Shown piece after piece: positions 23,756 through 36,350 of a stretch of 64,000 bases of DNA. The DNA is from Squalus acanthias (lineage: Eukaryota). The translations under genes and the position numbers were made by a program. The stretch covers positions 156,366,001 to 156,430,000 of the forward strand of contig CM059431.1 in the NCBI GenBank assembly GCA_030390025.1. The letters run 5' to 3'. Positions within the stretch are counted from its first letter, which is position 1. Every line of letters begins with the position of its first letter. The notes beneath the pieces are model-generated. The model saw only the letters and a program-made list of their open reading frames with translations. It made no database searches and was not told the DNA's origin.

Positions 23756-25169
23756 GAATGACAGTAACTTCCCTCGAAATTAAGGCGACATTTGACTCGA
23801 TTTGGCGCCAGGAGCCCGAGCATCCTGAGATCAATGTGGATCAAAGTGAAAACTTCCCGTAGCTGGAAACACTGGATTACAGTGATGGTTAGGGGTTGAG
23901 TTGTACGGTGATAGGTCTCGAACTCTTACATTTTGTTTGTAGCGTGTGATAAACGAGATATATGTTTCAACAATATGTCCAGCAGCAGAATGTTAGCGTG
24001 TGAGATTCCATTTGGAAGGATTTTTTTCATAAACGCTGTCACAAGTAGTTAATCTAAAAAATAAAACCGTATTTTCTTACTAGATCCATTATTAATATCT
24101 CAGCTTTTCAATATTCCTGAACCAATACACAAAAAGCGCGGTGGGTCAGTTTTGCTGCAATAAAACACTATAATGGTGATCAGTATATTCGGGCTCCTTA
24201 ACTTGTGCTGCGGATCCTGATTCTTGTTCCACAGAGTCTGGGTCAGTTAGCGTTGTGTGTTCTGCAGGTTAAGGAACACACCCTGGGTAAAGATCAGTTA
24301 TACATCACAGTCATAAACAAGAACTTCACCCTGCTCAGTACAATCCCTCCCCGCCCTGTAATCTGGTGCAGGACTCGATCTGAAATCCACACGGTCGCAT
24401 TCAGTTTGAACTGTTCTGAACTGGCCTTTTAACCAAATCATTAATTCTGTGTGTGGTAACTATGATTAAATTCCACCCCCAGCTCTCCCATCTGTGTTTC
24501 GGAAAACCCCGCAGTGAAACCCTGTCCTCTAGCCGGAATCAGTTTCCATTCAATTTCATTGCTCACATTAAACCTGTTTATTATCGGACTATAAAAGGGC
24601 GCAGACAGCAAGGGACAACGATCGTTGTTAGTCTATTGCGATCAAATGGCAGTTGGTAGGACACAGTGAGATCCCTGAGTTGAAATGATAATGATTGGAA
24701 TTATCTTCACTTTCGATCCTTAGCTGGTCTTTGTCTGGATTCCAACTCTGTACAAATGAACTATATTCGTATCCCGGCTCTATTCCTCTCGGTACTGAGA
24801 CTTTGATGATAATAATCTGACCTGGATCACCGTGAATTTGTACAAATCCCGACACCGGGCTGGTTAATGGTTATTATCCAATGATGCTCATTTATTAGCA
24901 GCAGAACAATGATTATAAAATCCGGGAGATTGTCTCCAGTTAATGAATAACAGTCTCGGTCGCTATTACTTTATTGGGATCAAACAGTTGAGGGGAGGAC
25001 ATGTGTCAGCAGCAGGCATTTTTGCAATTATCCTACCTTTCGATCTTTATCTGTTTCTTTGTCCGGATTCTATCACTGTGGGAATGAACTACATTCGGAT
25101 TGCAGCTCTGTTAATCCAGGTATTAGACCTTGTAAAATGTTACTCTGACCTGGATTACCCTTGATTTCT

Positions 25170-26118
25170 AAATTTTCATGTGACACCAAATTGAGGGGGA
25201 ATAGTCTATAGTGAGGAGGACTGCAGCAAATTGCAGGAGGACATTAATTAACTTGCAGAATGGGTATATTATTGGCAAATGAAATTCTACACAGATAAAT
25301 GTGAGGTATTACATTTTGGTTGGAAGAATAGGGAGGTGACTTATTACTCGGACGGTGTAAGTCTAGATGGGGTACAGGAACAAAGGGATCTCGGAGTACA
25401 GACACACAAATCATTTAACGTTGCGACACAGGTTAGCAAGGCCACACATAAAGCAAACCAAGCACTGTGGTTTTTTTCTAGAGGGAAAGAATTGAAATGT
25501 ATGGAAGTTATCCTAATCTTTTATTGAACCTTGGATAGACCACTCTTAGACTACTGCATACATTTATGGTCGCCATATTATAAAAAAGATATAGAGGTTC
25601 TGGAGAGGGTGCAGAGAAGATTTACAAGGATGATACCAGAAATGCGAGAGTATACATGTTAGAAAAGGATGAACAGACTGGTTCTCATCTCTTGAAAAAA
25701 GAAGGCTGAGGGTTGACCTAATAGGGGTCTTTAAAATTATGAAACGTTTTGATAGAGTGGATACAGAGAGAATGTTTCCACTTGTAGGGAAGAGCATAAC
25801 TGGAGGCCATCAATACAAGATAGTCACCTATAATTACACAGGGAAATTCAGAAGCAATTTATTTACCCCGTGAGAATGTGGAACTCGCTACCACAGGGAG
25901 TGTTTGAAGCGAAAAGTACAGATGCAGTTAAGTGGAAGCTAGACAAGCATATGAGGGAGAAGGGAAGAGAGTGTTATGTTGATAGATTTAGATGAGGAAA
26001 GACGGGAGGAGGCTCGAGTGGAGCATAAATGCTGCCATCGAAAGGTTGGGCCGAATGGCCTGTTTCTGTGCTGTATATACTGTGCACTCCTATGCACTCC
26101 TATGTAATCCTATGTAAT
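25170..26118 (+). mobile_element. CR1 3' fragment (RT C-terminus plus 3' UTR)
   Basis: KCEVLHFG, RDLGV and FWSP-like motifs; tail GGGCCGAATGGCCTGTTTCTGTGCTGTA...(CCTATGTAAT). Confidence 0.9.
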
Positions 26119-26324
26119 TCCCGTCACATGCCTGGTTACAGGTTATTTTCCAACGATGGTCATTTACTAAACATAGAACAATTATTATTAAATCCGGGAG
26201 ATAGTCTCCAGTTACAGTCTCGGCCTTGATCAGGATGTTCACTGCCTTGAGTATCAGGCTCCGTGTTTCAGTAACTGGAACTGAATCAGTAAATGTGTGC
26301 AGTAAACAAGTGAAAGTTCAGCAT

Positions 26325-27119
26325 TGTTGGACATGGATACATAGGAACCCCAGGATCAGGCTCCCATAGAAAATCGGTATGCAGATTTGGCCGCAAAACT
26401 AGCCGCGGACGAACTTAAACCAGAAGCCGCATTTAAACAGAAGATAATTATGGTCATGACAGCCAGTGGGGTACAGGAAATGAATATAGTGGAGGTACAA
26501 GAAAATACTAGTAAAGAGGAAAAGGAGTGATGGAACCAAGCTGGCGCACAGTTACGAGATGGAATTTGGAGATGGGGCCCACGAAACCAGGTAGTGGCAC
26601 CCGAATGTTGTAGACAACAACTGATGGGGCTGTACCATGGTGTAACACATACCGGCAGAAGTAACATGTTGCACCTACTGACACAGTACTGGTGGTGGCT
26701 AAAGATGGGTCGAGAGGTGGCGAAGTATTGTCTCTGTTGTGTAATATGCGCTAAGAATAATGTAGGACAGAGATGCAGAGTTAGAGTAGCAAACCAACCC
26801 AGGCCCCAAGGACCCTGGGAAAAACTAACAAATAGACTTTACCGGCCCCTTAACGCAGGACCGGGGGAAGAAATATTGCCTGGTAATAATTGACCAATTT
26901 ACCAGGTGGGTGGAAGCCTTTGCCACCTGAGATTTCATTGCGAATACTGTTGAAATAATATTGGCTACTGAGGTTATACCCCGTTGGGGAGTGCCTCTGC
27001 AAATTGACTCAGATAACAGCACCCACTTTACTGGTAAAATAATGAAGGAAACTTGTAAGCTGTAAAATGTAACACAAAATACCACATACCACATCACCCC
27101 CAGAGCTCGAGGATGGTAG
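26325..27119 (+). mobile_element. pol: Class I (gamma/epsilon-like) ERV pol remnant: end of RNase H plus integrase
   Basis: NRYADLAAK; HHCC zinc finger (HGVTHTG...CVIC); IDFTGPL; VIIDQFTRWVEAFAT; IPRWGVPLQIDSDN.THFTG; HHPQSS. Contains stops and frameshifts. Confidence 0.92.
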
Positions 27120-27490
27120 CCCTCCGCACAGTAGCTCTGCAAAATCGGATGGCCCTTGACTATATGTTGGCAGAAAAAAGGGGGAAACTGTGCCCTAATA
27201 GGTACAGAATGTTGTACCTACATACCAGACAGCTCAGAAGAAATAACTAACTTGGCAGAACACATACAGGAAGAAGTTAAAAAGTTAAAACAACCTCCGG
27301 CATCCACCCTTTACGGCTGGGCAACTGGATGGTTGAGATCACTAGGGACATCAGTAGTACAAGGATTGATTTAGTTCCTTGTTATAATATTAGTGATGTA
27401 TGTTCTGGTCTTACTGTTGAAATGTTGCTGCGCCCAAATGGCAAAAGATGTCGTTCCAGCCGCACCAGTGGGCAGGTGTATCTTAACATA
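27113..27490 (+). mobile_element. env: ERV env transmembrane-subunit remnant
   Basis: Immunosuppressive motif LQNRMALDYMLA, CX6CC (CALIGTECC), heptad region and hydrophobic TM (FLVIILVMYVLVLLLKCCC). Confidence 0.92.
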
Positions 27491-28028
27491 AAAGATAGAT
27501 CTCTGTTTATCTAAGAAAGGAAAATCTTACGCGCGGGTAACGTTTGTATTAATGCATGTGTAAAACTTTAGAGATGGAGTAGAGTAGGGACAAACCATTG
27601 GTTGCAGCACATGGCACAAGAAGAAACAGACAAACAGATGAAGAAGGGAACAACTTTAAGCTACAAGGAATACGTCTACACACGGAAGAAATGGATCATC
27701 GATATTTCAAAGAGGAGGACATGTTCGTGACACGTCAGGCGGAGACGGAGGATAAAAAACGGAAGAGGAGAGGAAGAACGCTAACCTAAATGGTACGTCT
27801 AGCTCAACAGTCGTGATGTGACTGCACTCTGCAGCTCAACCACTTCCGGGGTGTCTTTCTCTCTCGTTCTCCCGAGCGTGTTCTCATTCACATTGGACTG
27901 TGAAACAACAATAACATCGTCAAAAGATCTCATCAACAGAGCATAAGGAAGTGTGTGCAGCCGTTATAACCATGGTATGATAGTCCTCAGGACAAATCAA
28001 TCTTTGGCCAGGGACCAATAGGAGGGAC

Positions 28029-29797
28029 TGTAAGGGTAAAATTAATTGTAATAATGTAAGAGCAAATCAGTTGTAATGCTTAAAGTTAGTTGTACTGCTT
28101 AAAGGACTACAGTAAAGGACAAAATAGCTCCAAAAGTCCACAAGCCGATGGAGACAGGGGTATAATTAAATAAAAACCTGCTTGCTTGGTCTGCGGTATA
28201 GAAAATGCAGCCACTGCAGTACAAAGCGTGAATCATTGTTGTCTATAATAAACTAACCTCGAATGGTGTCCAATCACCAAAGGACAACTCAGGTTGACCG
28301 AAGCTATGATGGAGCAAGAATAAAACTTTCAGCCCAGATGGCTAACCACCATTAGACAAAAGCAGATGTCGGGAATGGGTTTCGCTGACATTGTGAGATT
28401 CTAATCAGGTTGTTTTTAGAGACACAGGGGTCAGTGCTTGGTCCCCAACTCTTTACAATCTATATTAACGATTTGGAGGAAGGGACCAAGTGTAACATAT
28501 CAAAATTTGCAGATGATACTAAGATGGGAGGGAAAGTAGTGAGTGTGGAGGACATAAAAAACCTGCAAGGGGACATAGACAGGCTAAGTAAGTGGGCAGA
28601 GATTTGGCAGATGGAATACAACACTGGAAAGTGTGAGGTGATGCATTTGGGCAGGAAAAATCCTAGAGCAATTTATTATCTTAATGGCAAGAAACTGGAG
28701 AGTACTGAAGTGCAAAGGGATCTGGGGGTCCTGGTGCACGAAACTCAAAAGGTTAGTATGCAGGTGCAGCAAGTGATTAAGAAGGCAAATGGAATGTTGG
28801 CTTTCATTGCTAGGGGGATAGAATATACAAATAGGGAGGTATTACTTCAGTTGTACAAGGTATTGGTGAGACCGCACCTGGAATACTGCATACAGTTTTG
28901 GTGTCCTTACTTAAGAAAATACATACTTGTTCTCGAGGCAGTACAAAGAAGGTTCACTCGGTTAATCCCGGGGATGAGGGGGTGGTCATATGAGGAGAGG
29001 TTGGGTAGATTGGGACTCTACTCATTGGAGTTCAGAAGAATGAGAGGCGATCTTATTGAAACATATAAGATTGTGAAGGGGTTGGATCGGGTGGATGCGG
29101 GGAGGATGTTCCCGATGACGGGTGAGACTAGAACTAGGGGACATTGTCTTAGAATAAGGGGATGCTCTTTCAAAACTGAGATGAGAAGGAATTACTTCAC
29201 TCAGAGGGTGGTAAGTCCATGGAATATGCTGCCACAAAAAGCTGTAGAAGCTACATCATTAAATAAATTTAAAACAGAAATAGACAGTTTCCTAGAAGTA
29301 AAGGGCATGAAGGGTTACGGGGAGCGGGCAGGAATTTGGACATGAGTCTAGGTTCGGATCGGTCATGGCCCTGTGGGTAGTGGAGCGGGCCCAGGGACCG
29401 TGTAGCCTGATTCTGCTCCTATTTCGTGTGTGCAATTCTGTTAGATGCAGGAGATGGATCTGTGATAGTAGATAGTAGATTGGCGGTTAGGATCAGATCA
29501 GCCATGATCTTATTGAATGGCTGAGCAGGCTCGAGGGGCCGATTGGCCTACTCCTGCTCCTATTTCTTATGTTCTTATGTTCTTAGACCCTGACTAAGGG
29601 TCACGCATGATGAAATAACTGCTGATGTTAGTACTTTCTGCCTTCTTGAAGTGCATAAAGAAGCTTGGCTGCTACTATTAAATTGAGAAGTTGACCACTA
29701 GCCCGCGGGGTCCATGTCTCACTCCCCGAAGCTCTGAATAATAAACTGTGATCTTCTGCTTTGAGACAGACTCGAGTGAATTTATTTTTCATCAACA
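28029..29797 (+). mobile_element. ERV 3' LTR, split by a CR1 insertion at 28423-29584
   Basis: Polypurine tract AATAGGAGGGAC followed by TGTAAG at 28029. After the CR1: AATAAA at ~29740 and a terminal ...TCAACA at 29797. Confidence 0.7.
28423..29584 (+). mobile_element. CR1 3' fragment (subfamily A) with an open RT C-terminal frame
   Basis: 311-aa ORF with QGSVLGP and FADDTK; doubled 3' UTR; (TTCTTATG)n tail. Confidence 0.95.
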
Positions 29798-30119
29798 CTC
29801 TAATGTTGGCCTTCGTAAGGTTTCATTTAGTTTCATTATTGTGTCTTAATTTCTTTATTCTCTACCTCTTGTATTAAAAATAGACTTTCATTAGCTTTTC
29901 ATTAGTGATGCTGCCTTTAATGGCCCGTGGCCCTGTACTCTCCACATCGCTCTGCTGCACCGCCGCACCATAGCTACTTCCATTCACTCTATAATTACAG
30001 ATGATATTTATCCAATATGTTTCCCCTGAAATCGACATTGAATCCATCAATGCTTTATTAGCACATCCCACCAAGCCTTTCAATTTCCATTTGCACTTCC
30101 CTCAGATCTTTGAAATATC

Positions 30120-32379
30120 TAAAGATTGAAAGTGATGTAGTCGAATATGAAACTAAGGCCTTCAATTTAAACAGAGGTAACTACAAGTGTATGAGGGACA
30201 AGTTGGCCATGGTAGATTGGGAGACAACACTAAAATGTATGAAGGTGGACATACAATGTCTAAAATTCAAGGAAAGAATGCATAATTTGCAACAAACATA
30301 TATTCCTCTAGGGCATAAAAACACAAAAGGAAAAGTGATCCAACCATGGCTAACAAAAGAAATTAAAGCTAGTATTAAGTCAAAGGAGGAAGCATATAAA
30401 GTTGCTAGAAAAAGCGATCAGCCTGAGGATTGGGATGTTTTTAGAAATCAGCAAAGGGGGAACAAGAAATTGATAAAGAAAGGGAAATGGAATCTGTGCA
30501 CAAACTTGCGAGAAAAAAAAAGGAATTGTAAAAGCTTCTATAGGTATGTGAAAAGGAAAAGACTGGTGCAGGTAAATGTAGCTCCTTTACAGTCAGAGAT
30601 GGGAGAATTTATAATGGAGAATGATGAAATGGCAGGGGAATTAAACAAATACTTTGTCTGGTCTTCACGGAGGAAGACACAAAAATCCTCCCAGACATAC
30701 GAGAAAACCAAGGGTGTGGTGAGAATTAGGAACTTAAAGAAATTATTATTAGTAAAAAAGCAGTACTAGCAAAATTAATGGGACTAAACGTTGTTAAATC
30801 CCAAGGACCGGATGATGTACATCCACGAGTTTTGAAAGATGTGGCCATTGGGATAGTGGGTGCATTGGTTGTCATCTTCCAAAATTCTATAGATTCTGGA
30901 ACGGTTCCTGCAGATTGGAGGATAGCAAATGTAACCCCGCTATTTAAGAAAGGAGGGAAAGAGAAAACGGGGAACTACAGACCTGTTAGCCTCACATCCG
31001 TAATTGTGAAAATGCTGGAATCTATTTTAAGGGATGCAATAACTGGGCACTTAGAAACTAATAGTAAGTTTGAGCAGAGTCAACGTGGATTGATGAAAGG
31101 GGAATCCTGTTTGACAAACATATTGGAGTTTTTGAGTATGTAACTAGAGGAGTAGACACATGGGAACCGGTATATGTGGTGTATTTGGATTTTCAGAAGG
31201 CCTTCGATAAGGTCCCATACAAGAGTTTGTTGAACAAAATTAGGGCACATGGAATTTGGGGTAATATACTAGTATGGATTGAGAATTGGTTAACAGACAG
31301 AATTCAAATAGTAGGGAAAAACGGGTATTTTTCAGGATGGCAGGCTTTGACTAGTGGGGTCCCACAAGGATCGGTGCTGGGGCCCGAGCTATTCACAATC
31401 TAGGTCAATGATTTGGATGACGGGACTAAATGTAACATCTGCAAATTTGCCGACAATACAAATCTAGGTAGCAATGTCACTTGTGATGAGGATGTGAAGA
31501 GACCTCAAGAGGATCTCGACATGCCCAGTGAGTGGGCGAGAACACGTTAGATGGAATATAAAGTGGATAAATGAGAAGTTATCCACTTTGGTACAAGAAA
31601 CAGAAAGGCTGAATATTTCCCAAATGTTGAAAATTGGGGAATGCAGATGCTCACAGTGACTTGGGTGTCCTTGTACATGAGTCACTGAAAATGAACGTGC
31701 AGATGCAGCAAGCCATTAGAAAGGCAAATGGTATGCTGGCCTTCATTAGAAGAGGATTTCAGTACAGGATTAAAGAAAAGCTTACTCCATTTATATAGTG
31801 CCTTGGTGAGAGCACGACTCGTGTACTGTGTACAATTTTGGTCTCCTTACCGAAGACGGTTATACTTGTCATAGAGGAAGTGCAACGAAGGTTCACGAGA
31901 TTGATTACTGGGATGGTGGGACTGTCGTATGAGAACAGATTGAGTATACTAGGACTATATTCTCTTGAATTCAGAAGGATGAGAGGGGATCTCATTGAAG
32001 CATACAACATTATTACAGGGCTTGATAGGTTGGATGCTGGGAGAATGTTCCCCTTAGTTGTGGAGTCTAGAACCAGGGACCAGAGCCTTAGGATAAAGGG
32101 TAGACCATTCAGTACTTAGATGCGAAGAAATTTCTTCACATGGAGTTTGGTGAATTTTTGAAATTCACTACCCCAGAGGGCTGTGGAGGGTCAGTCATTG
32201 CGTATATTCAAAACAGAAGTCTATAGATTTCTGACTAGTAAAGACATCAAGGGATATGGCGATAGGGCCGGTGAATGGCGTTGAGGCAGAAGATCAGCCA
32301 TGATCTCAATGAATGGCGGAGCAGGCTTGAAATGCCGAATGGCCTATTCGTGATCCTATTTCTTATGTTTGTATGTTCT
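30120..32379 (+). mobile_element. Degenerate CR1 ORF2 plus 3' UTR
   Basis: Broken ORFs with NYRPVSLTS, LDFQKAFDKVP and [10 protein letters not shown]; tail TTCTTATGTTTGTATGTTCTT. Confidence 0.92.
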
Positions 32380-33189
32380 TAAATATAACACCCATTTTCG
32401 CACGATCTGCAAATCTCGACCAAGATCTATATACAAAGTAATAATTCGTGCCCCGAGAACCGAATCCTGTGAGATAACATCACACTCTTCCAGCCACTTG
32501 TTTGCAGCAGGATAAAGCACACATTTCTGGGAAACACAATTCAACTTTCAAATACTTGCAAGAGTTCTGCCAGAGTTTGTCCAATATGTGGTAATGCAAC
32601 AATGTATCCCTGTGGAATATATATTCAAAATCGGCTGCAGGCACAATCTTGAGTTCTTCATTAGATAGTGAACAATTAAAATGGTGGTTTCCAGATCACG
32701 GGGGTCACAAATAACAATATAATGTTTCAAGGTGTTCCTCCTTATCAATGGTACACTTTTTGCAGAAGAAATGTGTGGATTGTGGCAAACCCTCTCAATT
32801 CTTTCCAGGAGGATTGGATATCCAGCATTGTCAACCTTATTTAATATTGATGTAAATAGAATAAGGATCTCGAACGAATATGTCGGCATGGTAGGAAGAG
32901 ATAATTAGAGTGGAAGGAGGCTCCTATGGAGTAAAAACACAGCATAGACCACTTTGGCCGAATGACCTATTTCTCTGCTGCAGTTTCGATGTGATTCTGT
33001 TCTGCCCCGTTCAAAGTCAAAAACTACAAACTTGGTAACTGTGAGAATGGTGCGAAACCCTTTCTTGTCCATCATTCACCTTCCCACAGCATTCTGTATT
33101 ATCTCACTTGGCAGGCTTTTCCATGCCCTGGCCTCCAGTGTCCAACGCCCGTCGCCTTCTCACGCCGCCCCCACCCCCTTCCCCAATAA

Positions 33190-33427
33190 CACAGAGGCGG
33201 CGGACCTGGGTGGAGCGGCTGCGGCGAGGCGGAGGGGTCAAGAGGCGGCGGCGACCAGGTAGGCCCACAGAGGCGGCGGACCTGGGTGGAGCGGCTGCGG
33301 CGAGGCGGAGGAGTCAAGAGGCGGCGGCGACCAGGTAGGCCCACAGAGGCGTCGGACCTGGGTGGAGCGGCTGCGGCAATGGCGGAGGAGTCAAGAGGCG
33401 GCGGCGACCAGGTAGGCCCACAGAGGC
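33190..33427 (+). repeat. Three CpG-rich 76-77-bp tandem monomers in the CR1 5' UTR
   Basis: CACAGAGGC restarts at 33190, 33266, 33342 and 33419. Confidence 0.92.
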
Positions 33428-33500
33428 TTTTAAAGTGCGGGACGCAGTGGTTGCTGGGTAGGTGATTAATTTTTACCTGTATATAAGTTAGCTGGAGGGG

Positions 33501-34421
33501 ATGGCAGGGGAGGCAGTGAAATGTTCCTCCTGCAGAATGTTTGAGGTGAGGGACGCCGTAGGTGTCCCTGCTGATTACACCTGTGGGAAGTGCACCCATC
33601 TCCAGCTCCTCGAAAACCGTGTTAGGGAACTGGAGCTGGATGAACTTCGGATCATTCGGGAGGCAGAGGAGGTCATAGATAGAAGCTTCAGGGATGTAAT
33701 TACTCCAAAGCATGAAGATAGATGGGTGACGGTGAGAGGGGCTAGGAGGAAGCAGTCAGTGCAGGGATCCTCTGTGGTCGTTCCCCTCAGTAACAGGTAT
33801 ACCGCTTTGAATACTGTTGAGGGGGACGACTTACCAGTGGTAAGCCACGGTGACCGGATCTCCGGCGCTGGGTCCGTCCCTGTGGCTCAGAAGGGAAGGG
33901 GGGAGAGCAGGAGAGCAATAGTTATTGGGGACTCAATAGTCAGAGGGACAGATAGGAGGTTCTGTGGCAGCAAAAGAGACTCACGGATGGTATGATGCCT
34001 CCCGGGTGCCAGGGTCCGTGACGTCTCTGACCGTGTTTTCAGAATCCTCAAAGGGGAAGGGGAACAATCACAAGTCGTGGTACACATCGGTACCAACGAC
34101 ATAGGTAGGAGAAGGGACGGGGATTTAAAACAGGAATTTAGGGAGCTAGGTTGGAAGCTGAGAGCCAGTACAAACCATGTTGTAATTTCTGGTTTGTTGC
34201 CGGTGCCACGTGCTAGCGAGTTGAGGAACAGGGAGAGAGTGCAGATAAACACGTGGCTGCAGGGATGGTGTAGGGGGGAGGGTTTCAGTTATGTCGATAA
34301 TTGGAGCACATTCTGGGGAAGGTGGGACCTGTACAAACAGGACGGTTTGCACCTGAACCAGAGGGGCACCAATATCCTGGGAGGGAAATTTGCTACGGCT
34401 CTTCGGGGGGGTTTAAACTAA
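33501..34421 (+). pseudogene. CR1 ORF1 (CxxC...CxxC zinc finger, leucine zipper, SGNH esterase) with one premature stop at 33993-33995
   Basis: CSSC...CGKC, LQLLENRVRELEL, GDSIV, GTND and DGLH motifs. Confidence 0.9.
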
Positions 34422-36350
34422 TTTGTCAGGGGGATGGGAAAAAGGGCTGTAGTCCACCAGCCAGTGGTGAGTGTAGGGAGGTACTGAGGAGGGTATCAAG
34501 GTCGCAGGAATGTACCGGCAGACAGGAAGATGGCTTGAAGTGTGTCTACTTCAATGCAAGGAGCATCCGGAATAAGGTAGGAGAACTTGGAGCGTGGATT
34601 GGTACTTGGGACTACGATGTGGTGGCCATTACGGAGACATGGTTAGAACAGGGACAGGAATGGTTGTTGGAAGTTCCGGGGGAAAGATGTTTCAGTAAGA
34701 GTAGGGAAGTTGGTAAGAAAGGTGGAGGAGTAGCATTGTTAATCAAGGATAGTTTAAAAGCGGCAGAAAGACAGTTCGAGGGGGATCTGCCGTCTGAGGT
34801 AATATGGGCTGAAGTTAGAAATAGGAAAGGAGCGGTCACGTTGTTAGGAGTTTTCTACAGGCCCCCAAATAGTAATAAAGAATTGGAGGAAGAAATTGCA
34901 AAGCAGATTATGAATAGGTGTGGAGGTCACAGAGTAGTTGTCATGGGTGACTTCAACATTCCAAATATTGATTGGAACCTTTATAGGTCAAACAGTTCGG
35001 ATGGGATAGTTTTTGCACAGTGTGTGCAGGAGGGTTTCCTGAAACAATATGTTGATAGGCCGACAAGAGGTGGGGCCACGTTGGATTTGGTACTGGGTAA
35101 TGAACCGGGCCAAGTGTTTGATTTGTATGTGGGAAAACACTTTGGAGATAGTGACCACAATTCGGTAACTTTCCCTATTGCAATGGAGAGGGATAGGGCC
35201 GTACGGCAGGGCAGGGTTTATAATTGGGGGAGGGGTAATTATGATGCGATTAGGCAAGAATTAGGGAGTATAAGATGGGAACAGAAACTATCAGGGAAAG
35301 GCACAAACGAAAAGTGGAGCTTTTTCATGGAGCAATTACTGCGTGTCCTTGATAGGTATGTCCCTATCAGGCAGGGAGGAAATGGCCGAGTGAGAGAACC
35401 ATGGTTCACAAAAGAGGTTGAATGTCTAGTCAAGAGGAAAAAGGAAGCGTATGTAAGGATGAGAAAACAAGGTTCAGTTGGGTCGATTGATGGGTACAAG
35501 GTAGCAAGGAATGAGCTAAAAAAAGAGCTTAGGAGAGCTAGGAGGGGGCATGAGAAGTCCTTGGCGTGTCGGATCAAGAAAAATCCCAACGCTTTTTACT
35601 CTTATGTGAGAAATAAAAGAATGACCAGGGTGAGGGTAGGGCCGGTCAAGGACAGTAGTGGGAACTTGTGCATGGAGTCAGAAGAGATAGGAGAGGTGAT
35701 GAATGAATACTTTTCGTCAGTGTTCACCGAGGAGAGGGGCCATGTCCTTGAGGATGAGAGTGTGATAAAGGTGGATAGGCTGGAGGTGGTAGATGTTCTG
35801 AGGGAAGATGTTTTAGCAATTTTGAAGAACCTGAGGGTCGATAAGTCCCCTGGGCCAGATGGGATATATCCTAGGATTCTTTGGGAGGCAAGGGAGGAGA
35901 TTCCAGAGCCACTGGCCTTGATCTTTGGGTCCTCACTGTCCACGGGGATGGTGCCAGAGGACTGGAGATTGGCGAATGTTGTTGCTCTCTTCAAGAAAGG
36001 AAATAGGAATGACCCTGGTAATTATAGGCCGGTTAGTCTTACTTCGGTGGTTGGTAAGATAATGGAAAAGGTCCTGAGGGATAGGATTTATGGCCATTTG
36101 GAAAGGGCAACTTAATCAGGGATAGTCAACACGGATTCGTGAAGGGATAGTCTTGCCTAACAAATTTGATTGAATTCGTTGAGGAGGTAACTAAGTGTGT
36201 AGATGAAGGTAGAGCAGTTGATTTCGGAAACATGGATTTTAGTAAGGCGTTTGATAAGGTTCCCCATGGTCGTCTCATGAAGAAAGTAAGGAGTTGTGGG
36301 ATAGAGGGAAATTTGGCCGATTGGATAAGTAACTGGCTATCTCATAGAAG

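Noticed and set aside
24628..26320. Minus-strand readings resembling FIIND/UPA (FVQIH...DQL..E...SGISL), FN3 (GIEPGYEY) or Ig C1
   Set aside because: The resemblances are mutually incompatible, and substitutions between the two duplicate copies do not consistently favour that frame.
32400..32890. RING/B-box-like HFFCKKC (minus) and CPIC...PCG (plus)
   Set aside because: Incomplete ligand spacing, stops, and similar motifs on both strands suggest chance.
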